Assembly: GCA_014905635.1 (NCBI GenBank)
Contig: JABVCE010000008.1
Coordinates: 744,001-808,000 of the forward strand
From: Scenedesmus sp. PABB004
Lineage: Eukaryota
Direction: 5' to 3'
DNA: 64,000 bases
Under the pieces are notes generated by a model. It was not told the DNA's origin. It saw nothing but the letters and a program-made list of their open reading frames with translations, and did no database searches. The position numbers and the translations under genes are program-made. Shown piece after piece: positions 1-16,190 of the stretch; the stretch's first letter is position 1; each line of letters starts with the position of its first letter.

Positions 1-1373
1 GCGACCGGCGCCGCGGCCGCCGCGACGACGCGGCCCGCCGCGGCGGCCAGCTGTCGCCGCAGCCGCGCCGCGCGCTCGTCCCCGAGGTGCTCCCACAGCC
101 GCCGCAGACGCCAGACGTCGGCGCCCTCGTCCTGGGCGTGGTTGGTGAGGTGCCCTGCCTGCGCCGCGCCGCCGAGCCGGGCCACCGCGTCCATGTCGGC
201 GACATATTGCTGCCCGCTGAAGAGCACCAGACCCTCGCAGTGCAAGAACGCGCGCAGCGGCGCCGGGCCCAGCACGAGCACCCAGAGCCGCAGACCGTAC
301 TTGCGCCCGTCGACCAGGTGCGGGCGCGTGATGTACTGCTGCACACTGAGGAAGGGGCGCGGCGCGCCGGCAGCCGGCGCGGCCGGCGCGGCCGGCGCGG
401 CCGGGCCGGGCGGCGGCGGCGACAGGAAGGGCGCGTTGCGTTCAAGCAGCGCGCCGAGCGCGCGCGCGGCGGGGACGACCTGGAGGCCCCGGCCCAGGTG
501 CTCTGCAGTCTTGAGCACCCAGTGCCCCGTGACCGGCCCCAGCGCGCGCCCCGCCGCGCCGCCGGCCGCGGCCGCGGCGGCCTCGTCGCGCAGGCGCTGC
601 CGCCAGTCGGGAAGCTGCGCCGGCAGGCTGTACGAGCGTGGCGCGAGCTCCCACGCCGCCTCGCCGTAGGCCTCGTGCAGCGTCAGCGCGAGCAGGCGCT
701 TGCGCGTGATGCACTCCAGGCCTGCCGGGCGGGGTGGGGGCGGCCGCGGCGGAGGCCTCGGCGCGGCCGGCGGCGCCGGCGGCGGGGCGCTGCGGCGGGG
801 CGCTGCGCGCCCACCTGGCAGCGCGCTGATGAGCTGCCCCTGCCGCAGGAAGGGCGCGGCCTTGAGGGCGCCGTCAGAGGTCGACCAGAGCACGTCCCAG
901 CGCGCGGGCACCTGCCAGCCCATGGCGCCCTGCGCCGCCGCTGACTTGACGTTGCCGCCGACGCGCACGCCGCCGGCGCCGAGGAGCGCGGCCTGGGCCA
1001 GCGAGTCGTCGCCGCTGCCCCGGAAGCGCTTCTCGTCGTGCCAGAAGCAAAAGCGCGCGAGCCGCTGCGACGGCGGCAGCGGCGCCGCCAGCGGGGGCGC
1101 TGCCGCGAGCTGCTGCGACGGCAACCGCGTTGCACACGTTGCGGCGTCTGCTGCTCTTCGACGCTGCTGGTGCTGGTGCTGCTGGTGCTGCTGCTGCTGC
1201 TCTGGCTGCGGCGGCTGGGCGGCGTCGCGCGGGCCACCCGCGGGCGCCGCGCAGCGCGCTGCTGGCGCTGGCCGCGGCGGTCGCCTGGCGCGCGCCCCCG
1301 CCGCGCTGCCGTGACACACTGCTCGCCTGCATGGCTGAGGCCGCCGGCAGGCCGGGCAGGGCAGCCCCACCAT
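1..1373 (-). CDS. Tubulin-tyrosine ligase-like (TTL/TTLL, ATP-grasp) family protein; 3' end lies outside the window
   Basis: Minus frame from ATG 1373 (start tentative) stays open to base 1, with a 93-bp GT-AG intron at 722-814. It encodes WDVLWS, WVLKTAEHLGRGLQVV, VQQYITRPHLVDGRKYGLRLWVLV and HLTNHA, matching TTL core motifs (QxYIxxPxLIxGxKFDLRxYVLV; HLTN). Confidence 0.8.
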   Translation of the reverse strand, partial: MVGLPCPACRRPQPCRRAVCHGSAAGARARRPPRPAPAARCAAPAGGPRDAAQPPQPEQQQQHQQHQHQQRRRAADAATCATRLPSQQLAAAPPLAAPLPPSQRLARFCFWHDEKRFRGSGDDSLAQAALLGAGGVRVGGNVKSAAAQGAMGWQVPARWDVLWSTSDGALKAAPFLRQGQLISALPGGRAAPRRSAPPPAPPAAPRPPPRPPPPRPAGLECITRKRLLALTLHEAYGEAAWELAPRSYSLPAQLPDWRQRLRDEAAAAAAGGAAGRALGPVTGHWVLKTAEHLGRGLQVVPAARALGALLERNAPFLSPPPPGPAAPAAPAAPAAGAPRPFLSVQQYITRPHLVDGRKYGLRLWVLVLGPAPLRAFLHCEGLVLFSGQQYVADMDAVARLGGAAQAGHLTNHAQDEGADVWRLRRLWEHLGDERAARLRRQLAAAAGRVVAAAAAPV

Positions 1374-1713
1374 GCGGCGGCGGCGGCAGCGGCACCGCCT
1401 CCGGTGAGCTTGCTTGCGCCGGGGCTCGCGTGCCTGCAGCGGTGCGTCCCCTGGATGCCGTCTGATGATCAGGAGCGGGCTGCTGCGCGTCGCCTGACCG
1501 GCAGCGCGCTTTAGCGCGACGACGCTTCGAACGCGGGCGCCGGCGCCGCCCAATCCGGGGGCCCCGCGCTGCCTCCGCGCCACACCCGGCGCGCCCCGCT
1601 CCCTGCGCGCCACACACGCTCCGCGAGAAGCTCCTGTCACTCGCCCACGCCCCTCGCCGCACCGCGCAGCGAGCAGCGGCGCGCCGCCTCTGCCGCCGCG
1701 CGGCGGGCGGGGC

Positions 1714-3859
<2,146 letters not shown>

Positions 3860-4020
3860 GACTGCGGGCGGCGCCGAGTGTGACGCGGCGCGGTTTGCAA
3901 AGCCCCGGCGCGGCTCGCGCGGCTCGAGGCGCCGCGCCGCCGAGTAAGGTGCGCCTTTCCTTTCCAGCCGTGACCAACGCAGCAGCAGCAGCAGCGGCGT
4001 CAGCAGCAGAGGCAGCAGCC

Positions 4021-5572
4021 ATGGCGCTCCTGCAGAAGGTGCGGCGGCGGGCGCGCAGCGGCGCTGTGTGGCTGCCGGCCCGCGCCGCCAAGCGGGCGCG
4101 CCCGGGCTCGCGGCGGTGGCGTGGCGCCGCTGAAGTGGCGCGCTCGTGCCAATGCGCTATGGCGGAGGACTCGCGAGCGGCGAGCGCGGCCAGCGCGCCG
4201 CGTTGATGGCTGCATCGACGCGCCCTGCCCCGGCCGCAGAACGCGCTGGCCTTCCGGCCCGCCGCGGGCGTGCGTCCGGCCGTGGTGGCGCGCAGGAACC
4301 TGCGCGTGCGCGCGGCTGGCGAGCAGGTCACGGTGAGCTCGGCAGGGCGCGGCGGCGCCGCCGCTGCTGCGCGGCGCGGCCTGGGCGCTGCGCAGCGCGC
4401 GCCAGCGTGCCACTCAGGCGTGTGGCCCTCAGCGACGCAGCGTCTCCGGAGGCAGGCGGCAGCGGCGGGCCGCCGCCGTGGCGCTCGCGCACCGCGGCCA
4501 CGCGCTGCTGCTGCCGCCGCCGCGCGACCTGCCCGCAGGTCGAGATCGACAAGCCGCTCGGCCTGAAGCTCAAGGAGAGCACGGCCAAGGGCGGCGGCCT
4601 GGTCGTCGACGTGCGTGGCGCGCGCCGCCGCCGGCGGGGGCGGGCGGCCGCCGCGCGCCCGTCGCCCGAGCGTGCTCGCCTCCTGCGGCTCCTCGCCGCT
4701 CGCCTCCTGCGGCTGCTCTGCCAGGGCAGGTGCCCACGCCGCCGCCGCCGCCGCCGCCGCCCGGCGCGCAGGGCGTGTCCGGCAACGCGGCCAAGAGCGG
4801 CATCAAGCCGGGCGACACCATCATCTACGCGAGCAGCTTTTTTGGGGACGAGCTCTGGCCCGCGGACAAGCTCTCTTTCACGCAGACGGCCATCCAGCGC
4901 GCGCCGTCGCCGGTCGCGTTTGTCTATGTGCGCGCCGCACCCGCCGCCGCGCTGCAGGCGGGGAGGGCCCTGACGCCGACGCACCGCCGCGCTGCCGCGC
5001 GCCGCGGCCGCTGAACGGTCAGGTCAAGGGCGCCAACGAGAAGGTCAACGTGAAGCGCCTCCCCAAGAAGCCCGCGCCGCCGCGCTTCGGCCGCAAGCTC
5101 ACCGCGCGCCAGCGCGAGCTCGCGTCGCACATCTGCGTCGGTGCGCGCGGCCGCCGCCGCCGCGGCCCGCCCCCGCAGCTGCCCCCGGGCGCTGCCCCCG
5201 GGCGCTGGCCCCGACCGCGCCGCGCACGCCGCCCGCCCGCCGCGCGCCCGCCGCGCCCCAGACTGCGGCTGGATCTACTGTGAGACGGAGCCCTTTGAGG
5301 AGACGCCGTCGGACTACCGCTGCCCGCAGTGCAACGCGCCCAAGCGCCGCTTCGTGGGCTACGACGCCGAGAGCGGCAAGGTGCGCGCCGCGCGCGCCGC
5401 GCGCCACGCAGCGCCCACCCGCGCGCGCGCCGGCCCGCGGCCTGACGTCGCGCCCCGCCGCGCGCGCGCGCAGTCGACGGGCGTCGCCGAGGGCACGGTC
5501 GGCACGATCGCGACGGTCGTGGGCGGGCTGCTGGGCATCGTGGTCTTGTTCTACCTCGCCAGCACCGTCTGA
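4021..5572 (+). CDS. ENH1: Plastid PDZ + rubredoxin-like protein with C-terminal TM helix (ENH1-like)
   Basis: Spliced: MALLQK...[14 protein letters not shown]...[29 protein letters not shown] (PDZ-like)...[17 protein letters not shown]...HICV|DCGWIY...[13 protein letters not shown] (two CxxC rubredoxin motifs)...[18 protein letters not shown]. Confidence 0.85.
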
Positions 5573-5740
5573 GCGGGGCGCGGCCGCGGGCACCAAGGGA
5601 CTGCGGTTGGGGGCGAGATCACGATCACGAGCGCGCCGCAGCCGACCGTGCGGCGGCGAGTTTTGGGCGCGAGCAGCAGCGACGGCGCGGCGGCACGGCG
5701 CCGGCAGCAGGGGCGGCGGCGGGCAGGTGCACGCTCACGG

Positions 5741-5745
5741 TTACA
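5741..5745 (-). promoter_or_regulatory. Putative TGTAA polyadenylation signal of the RETICULATA-related gene
   Basis: TTACA on + (TGTAA on -), about 465 nt past the stop at 6210. TGTAA is the established chlorophyte poly(A) signal and is rare at this GC content. Confidence 0.55.
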
Positions 5746-6209
5746 CGGTGACACGCACATGAGAATGGACCGCGGGCGCGGCCCGGCACGCAGCGGGGCA
5801 GGGGGACGGCACGGCAGCACGCGCGCGGCGGCGGCCCAATGCTGGGCCCGCCGCCACCAAAACCGGGTGCCCCGCCGCCACATGAGAAGCGCACGCGCCG
5901 CCCGCCGCTGCGCCCGCCGCGCCCGGCGCCGCCGCCCGCGCATCGAGAGTGCCGCCGTCGCGAATCGGGCCTCGGAAGCGTAGCCGCGCGCAACGCACAC
6001 CAGCGCCGCTCACACCGCTCAGACAGAGCCGCTGCCGCGGGCGCCGGGGTGGGGAATGCCCGCGGCGCCCGCGGCGCGCCGTGCTGCACAACGCAATCCG
6101 CTGCTCTCTCGCCAAACACGCCGGCGCCCCGTGCACACGCTCGCTGCAGCGCTGCCCGCCGCTCTGCCTAGGCCCGCGCCGGCCCCCGGCCGCAGGGGCC
6201 GCGAGGCGC

Positions 6210-6297
6210 TCACGCGTTGACCGTCTCGGACAGCGCGTCGCGCAGCGCGACGCCCATGGCCGAGTCGGAGAGGCTCGGCAGGCGCGCCAGCTCCGGG

Positions 6298-6330
<33 letters not shown>

Positions 6331-8549
6331 TCGCCGCCGGGCTGCGCCTGCAGCGCCACGAGGTCGGTCAGCGCGGTCGCGCCGCCCATGACGGCGGGCG
6401 ACGTCGCGAGGTGGCCGTGCAGGCTCGCCTCGAGCCCCGACAGGCCGCGCACGGCCTCGGCGCCCGACTCGGACACCACCAGGCCGTCCTCCGCGCTCAC
6501 GGGCGTGTAGGCGCTCAGCGCCGCGGCCGCCGCGTCGGCGGCGGCGTCGCCCGCCGGCGCGACCGCGACCGGCTGGAACGCGGCCAGCAGGCCCTCCTCG
6601 CCCGCGGCGGCGCCGCCCGCTGCGGCTGCAGCGGCGGCGGCGGCGGCGGCGGCCTGCTGCGCCTGCAGCGCGGCCTGGCGCTCCGCCGCGCTCGGCAGCA
6701 CGCCGCCGGCGGTGCCCGACTTGTTGACCTTGCGGCGCACGCGGCGCACGCGCTTGGCGCCCGCGCCGCCCGGCGCGACCTCGGTCGCGAGGCCCTGCCA
6801 CCACGGCCGGCTCGCCTCGCCGCCGGCGGCGAGCGCGCCGCGCGCGAGCAGCGAGGCGCCGAGGTAGGTCCACAGCGCGCTCGTGTGGGCAAAGAGGTAG
6901 CGGTCCAGCCCGCCGAGCAGCTGGTAGCGCACGTTGGCGTTGACCGCGAAGAACGCGCCCAGGCCGGCGCTGCTGCGCGCCGGGTCGGCGAGCGGCACGC
7001 TCGGCTCAAAGCCCGGGTCGGCGCGGCGGCGCAGCGCGACCGCGCCGGCCGCGGCCGCCGCGGTCGCGCCGCCCGTGAGCGCGCCGACGGCGGAGAGCTG
7101 CGCCATCGACGCGAAGAACCCGCCCACGCGCGCGGTGTTGGTGTAGTGCCGCAGCGGCCCGCTCGCGTCAAACACGCAGTGCGGCAGGTTGGCGAGCATC
7201 TGCTGCCACGGGAACTTGTGCACCGCGCCGTACGCGCGGCTCGGGGCGGTGATCCACACCGTCGCGCCGACCGCGGCGGCGAGGCCGAGGCTGTTGATGA
7301 CCGCGAGGTCGAGCTCGCGGCGGAACGCCTCGCCGCGCACGCGCGCCTCGTGCACCATCGACAGCGAAAACGCGAGTGCCTGCTCCATCGCGAGCTTCTG
7401 GATGAACCCGGGGTCGGCCATCAGGCGGCCCACAAAGCTGCGCGCCCACTGCGCGCGCGGGCGGGCGGGGGGAGGGAGGCCGGCGGGCGGGCGGGCGGGG
7501 GCGTCAGGCGCGCGGGCGGGGGAGCGCGTCGGGCGCGCGGGCGCGGCCGGCTGGCCGGCGGCGCGCGCGCGCAGGCGCTGGCCCTGCGGGCGCGCTGGCG
7601 CTGGCGCTGGCGCTGGCGCTGGCGCTGGCGCCGGCACCGCGCGCGCGCGCGCGCGCGCGCCGCACCTCGCTCGGCAGCGCGCGCGACACGCTGCGCGCGG
7701 CGTTGGGGCGCACGTCCATGGCGAGGAAGCGCACGAGCTGCGCGGAGGAGAAGAGCCCCATCTCGACGGCGCGGCGGATGAAGAGCGGCAGCTCCGCGAC
7801 GGTTTTGTACCACTCGGCGAGCACCGCGCCGATGGTGAGGCGGTCGTACAGCTCCGGCAGCGCGGTGCGGAAGAAGCCCGGGCCGCCGCCGCCGCCGCCG
7901 CCGCTGCCGTCGCCGTCGCCGTCGCCCTCCTCGCCAAAGTAGTCGTCGTCGTCGCCGCCGTCGCCGTCGCCGCCGCCGCCGCCGTTGTGGATGTTCTTGC
8001 CGCTGTCGCCGCCGCTGCCGCCGTCGTCGAGCTTGGGCGCCTGCTGCGGCGGCGTGGGCATGACAAAGTCGGCCTTGCTCCGCTCCAGCACCATGCCCAG
8101 GCTGCTGCCGGCGCCAAAGTTCTGGCCGCCGCCGCCGCCCTTGGCCATGGTCGTCGCCGGCACCGCGAGCGAGCCCAGCGCGGGCGCGGGGCGGTCGCCC
8201 GAGGCGGGCGCCGCCTCCTGCGCGCGGCGGGCGCGGCGCGCGGCGGGGGGCGTCAGGGGTGGGGCCAATGGAAGCCCCGCGCCGGCGCAGGCGGGGGCTG
8301 TCGGTGCATGGGCACGCCCCCCCCCCCGCGCACGCCGCCGTCCCGCGCGCGCCGCGAGGCGCGCCGCACCTCGTTGGGGTGCGCCACGGCCGCGACCGGC
8401 ACCAGGCGGGCGCGGCGCGAGAAGCTTCGCGCCGCGGCACGGGCGCAGGCGCGCGGCGGGGGCGCCAGGGCGCGGCGCGCCGTGCCCGCGGGCGCGGCGA
8501 TGGCGGAGGGCCGGCGCATGGTCGCGCACGGCGCGCGGGCGGCGAGCAT
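6210..8549 (-). CDS. RETICULATA-related (DUF3411) plastid envelope protein, RER1-like; 3 exons
   Basis: Transit-peptide-like MLAARAPCATMRRPSA..., Gly/Asp linker GKNIHNGGGGGDGDGGDDDDYF, then AVLAEWYKTVAELP...SSAQLVRFLAM | FVGRLMADPGFIQKL...HEARVRGEAFRRELDL...NANVRYQLLGG. Confidence 0.88.
7597..7630. repeat. (GGCGCT)n hexamer repeat in an intron of the RETICULATA-related gene
   Basis: Tandem ggcgct units read directly. Confidence 0.85.
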
Positions 8550-8856
8550 GGCGCGCGCCGACGCCTTAATTGCGGGCGGCGGGCGGGGGCGCGCCTGCGT
8601 CGCGACCGGGGTGCACTGGCTCGACCGATGTGGCGGGCGCTGGCAAAAGGTGGGCCTTTCCAGGCCCAGGCGCGACCAGATGGGGCCCGCACCTGTCACG
8701 CCCGCCCCTGCGACTGCCCCCAGACTGGGCGGCGCCGTGGGCATCCCGACGCGCCCCGCCACACCGGCGGGTCGGCAGCTCCGCTCACGACCCCCACACG
8801 CCGCGCCCGGCGCGCGCGCCGTCCCCCCCACCCGGGCCGGCCGCGCAGATCGGCAG

Positions 8857-9382
8857 ATGGCCGCCCCGTACGCGCAGGCCGTCAAGGCGGCGGGCTTCTC
8901 CTGGCCCGCCAAGTACGGCTGGTTCCTCGCGGGCTGGGCCTACCTCAACAGCTGGACGGGCACCACGCAGGCCGGTGCGTGCTGCTGCAAACGCTTGCCC
9001 CAGCCCTGGCGCTCCGCCGGGGCCCCGCCCCGCCCCCGCGGCGCGCCCGGGCGCACGCCCGGCTGCGCGGGCGGCCCCCGGGGCCGGCCGCCGCGCCGCG
9101 CGGGCGCCGCGCGGGCCGCGGCGCGCCGCAGGCCGCGGCGCCGCCCGCTGCTGCCGACGCCGCCGTCCGCGCCCGGCGCCAGGCATGCGCGAGATCTCGG
9201 TGGAGGAGTGGACCGCCACGCCCGCGGAGTACCTGCTGCACCCCGACCACCACCCCGTGCTCTGGGGCCGCGTGCCGGGCGAGTCGACCGTCGACGACGC
9301 GCGCGCGGCGCTGTTTGCCAAGGCCGGCGCCAAGGACTACTCCCCCGCGCACCCCCACGCCGGCGCCGCGGGCCACCACTGA
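8857..9382 (+). CDS. ASA10: Mitochondrial ATP synthase-associated subunit ASA10 (chlorophycean-specific), about 105 aa, 2 exons
   Basis: Exons 8857-8974 and 9183-9382 give MAAPYAQAVKAAGFSWPAKYGWFLAGWAYLNSWTGTTQAGMREISVEEWTATPAEYLLHPDHHPVLWGRVPG...HH*. This is colinear with Polytomella ASA10 as recalled (AKAGFQFPA...LNVCTG...KEISNAEYNATPIGYLQSPDQHP...KVPG...HHH). Confidence 0.85.
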
Positions 9383-10109
9383 GCTGCCTGGAGCGGCGCA
9401 GCGGCGGCGCCGCCGCCGCGCAGCGGCGCAGCCGCCGCAGCGGCGACGCGCAGCGGCGCGGCGCGCCTGCGCGGAGCAGCAGGCTCCGCTCGGCAGACCT
9501 GACTTGGGGGCGGGGAGGGGCGGGGAGAGGCACTTGCGGGCGGGCGGGGGCGGGGCGCGCGTGTGTGCGCGCCCTGATCAGATCAGGCTGACACGGCCGC
9601 CGCCGAGTAACTGGCCTCGGCCTTACCAGCGGCGCCACCACCCGCGCGCGGCTCCCTCGTCGCACCTCGCTCACTCGCAGCAGCAGCAAAACGTCAGCTG
9701 TGACACAGCACCTAAAAAGCAGCTCCGCCGCACAGCGCCGGCCTCGCGCGACCGCCTGCGCGCGGCCGCGCGAGCCGCGCGTCCGAGCAAAACCCGAGCA
9801 ACCTGCAGCGGCGGCGGCAAAATTCGCAGCGCCGCCACTGCAATCAAGCGGGGTGGGGGTGATCATTGCGTTGCGTTGTGTGCGAGTCCCCCCGAGCCTG
9901 TGCGGTGACACCTGTGCCAGGCACGCCGCGCGCGCCCGGCCGCGGGCGGCTGGCCAGCAGCACGCGCCGCCGCCGCCGCCTGCACGCGCGCACGCGCTGG
10001 CGCGCGCGCCCCCAAATCGTCGCCCCCGCCCCGGCCTGCCGCCCCCGCGCGCCCGTCCGCCGCCCCGCCCCGCCCCGCCCGCCGCCGCCGCCGCGCGCGC
10101 CGGCGCTGC

Positions 10110-13344
<3,235 letters not shown>

Positions 13345-13631
13345 CGCGCTGTTCCGGCTCGCAGGGCGCGGGGAGGTCGCGGCCTCGCGCGGAGTGACAC
13401 AGCCGACGCTGATTGACGTTGTGAGGGGCCGGATCTCTCTCTGCAGCGCGGGGTGCCCGCGCCCTGGTGTCCCGCGCCCGCACGCGTCTCAAGGCACCGC
13501 GGCCGCGCCACCGAGCCGCACCGAAGATCACGTTCACCAAGGACGGCGACGAGCGCACGCACTCCCGGCCGCCGCCGCCTGGCCGCCGCCGCTCGCCGCG
13601 CGCGCGCTCCCCGCAGCCAACTCCCCGCGCG

Positions 13632-15916
13632 CTAGGCGCCCGCCCCGCCGCCGGCGGCGCGCTGCTGCAGCGCGGCGAAGCTGCGCTTGCCCTTCTCAGC
13701 GGCGGCCAGGTAGTCCGCCTTGCGCGCCACCTGCGCGCGGCGGGCGGGCGCGGCACGTCGGCGGCGGCCCCGGGCGCGCGCCGCGCCGGCCGTTGCCCGC
13801 GAGCGCCCCACGCGCGCGCGCGCCTGGATGGGGCGGTCGAGCAGCACCGTGCCGCTGAGGCCCATCGCCGCGAGCACCGCGACGCCGCTGTCAAACTCGA
13901 CGTACGCGCCCGGCGCGGTCGGCGCGCCGAGGCGGCCCGGCAGCAGCGTGCAGCGCCGCACGGCGCCGCAGCCGCCAAAGTGCGCGCGGAGCACGCTCTC
14001 CGGCGCGAGCGGCGAGACGCCAAACACCACGATCGAGCGCTGGTCCGCCTCCGCGGCCGCCTGCTTCATGGCCTGCAGCTCCTGCAGGCGCTTCACCTCC
14101 GCCTCCTTGGCCGCCAGCATCGCCCGCATCGCCGCGACCTGCGATGCGGCGCTGCCGGGCTTGGCCGCAGCGGCGCCACCGCCCGCGGCGGGCTTCTTGG
14201 CCGCGCCAGCGGCGGCGGCGGCGGCGGCGCTGCCGTTGACGCCGGCGGCGTCCGCGCTGCGCTTGGCGCCAGCGGCAGCGCGGGCGGCGGGCGCGGCCGT
14301 CGGCTTGGGCGGCGGTGCCTCGGCCGCCGCCGCCGCGCCCGGCTTGGCTGCCGGCGCCTGCGGCTGCTTCTGCTGCGGCTGCTGCTTCGGCTGCGCCTGC
14401 GCCTGCGTCTGCGCCGGCCGCTGGCCGCCCGCGGCGGCGCCCGCCGCCTTGGGCGCCGCCTCGGGCCGCGGCTGCTGCCTTGGCGAGGGCCCGCCGGGCT
14501 GCGCCGCCGCGGCAAGCGCGCGTGCGCCGAGGCGGTCGAACACGCTGCCGTGCTTGCCGCCGCCGCCGCCGCCGCCGCTGCCGCCGCCGCCGCCGTCAGC
14601 ACCGTCTGCCGGCGCCGCCGTGCCGCCCAGCCGCGCCAGCACGCTCGACCGGCCCCGCTGCTGCTGCGCCGGCTGCTCCTGCGTCGCCCCTGCCCGCTGC
14701 GCGCGTTCCTGCTGCGGGCGCCGCGCGGACGCGCCCCGCTCGGGCTTGCCGGCGGCCGCCGCGCCGATCTGCTGCAGCGCGCGGCTGACGATGCCCCTGC
14801 CGCCAGCCGCTGCTGGCTGCTCTGCGGCGCCCCGCTTGCTGCCGGCCAGGCGCGCCGGCTCAGGCTCCACCGCCGCAGGCGGGGCCTGCTGCCTGGGCCG
14901 CTGTCGCGACTGCGGGCCGGCCGCGGGCGCCTCCCGGCTGCTGCTGCTGCCGGCGGCGTCAGCGCCCCCGCCCCTGCTCGGCCGGGCGCCGGCGCTCGAC
15001 TGCACCGCCGCCGCGAGTGCGCCCTTCACCACCGCGGCGGCGCCCCGCGCCGGCTGCGCCGAGGCAGGCCTGGCGCGCTCCGGCTGCTCCGGCGCGCCGC
15101 CCGCCGCTGGCCGCGCACGCGCGTCGCCTGCATTGCTGCCACGGTCAGCGCGCTCGCTGCCGCGCTCGGCGCGCTCGCCGCCCGCGGGCCGCAGCGTGTG
15201 CGCCTTGGCCGACGACGCCCTGACCGGCGCGGTGTCGGGCGCCGCGCCTGCGGCCAGGCTGAACTTGCTGCGAGACGCAGGGGGCACAGGGGCGCGCGGC
15301 GGCACACGGCGGTGAGCGCGCCGCAATGCGGCGCAGCCCCGGCGCAGCCCAGCGCGGCCGGGCGCCCGCGCACGCACATGGGCTCGCGCTTGGCCTTCTT
15401 GGACGGCTGCGGCTCCGGCTCCGGCTCCGGCGGCTGCTGCGGGGGCGCCGCGGCCTGGCGGCGCTCCTGCTGCTGCTCCGCCGCGCTCGGCGGCTCGTCG
15501 TCGTCCAGCAGCTCCTCCTCGTCCTCGTCCGCGGGCGCCTCGCCGATGCCCTCCTCTTCGGGCTCCCGGGACAGCGCGGCCATCTTGGCCCAGCACCTGG
15601 CCCGCGCCGGGAGGGCCGCACCGAAATCAGCCCGAGCCCTGCTGCCGCCCAGGGCGCGCGCACCGCGCCTGCTGCCCTCCCCCCGCGCGCCCTCGCACCA
15701 GTCGGCCATGGACGCGGCGTCCTCGTCGAAGACGTCCACAAAGTCGGCCTGCAGCGCCTCCCTTGCGAGCACGGCCCGCATGGTCGCCAAGATGTGGCGC
15801 ACCAGCTCGTCGTCCTCCTCATACTCCGCGGCCAGGTGAGCGCGCAGGTCGGCCTCAAACGACGCCGCGGCGTGGCCGCCCGGCGCGAGCAGCGCCGCCC
15901 ACGGCGGCGCCGCCAT
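13632..15916 (-). CDS. RNA-binding protein with N-terminal PWI-like helical region and C-terminal PABPN1-type RRM (4 exons)
   Basis: N-terminal LRAHLAAEYEEDDELVRHILATM...LQADFVDVFDEDAASMADW; SVLARLG and SVFDRLG motifs; EADQRSIVVFGVSP...LRAHFGGCGAVRRCTLL...GAYVEFDS...LSGTVLLDRPIQ|VARK. Confidence 0.72.
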
Positions 15917-16190
15917 CGCTGCTGCGCGCGGCGCGCCGCTGCGATCGGCCTCGCAGAGCGACCCCTCCGCGGCGGCGGGGCGGCCGAGGCGCAACTGGCA
16001 GGCGTGTGACACGCGGCGCAGCGCGCGGGCCTCCAAAGCCGCGGTTGTGTTGCGTCGGCCTCCAAAGCCCTGCGCGTCCAAAGCCCTGCATGCCCGCACG
16101 CTCTCCCGCGCGCCCCACTCCAGGCGCACGCCCTGCCGCCCCCCCCCATGCCCGGCTGGTTGGTTGTGGTCCCCCCTCCGCCCGCGCCCG

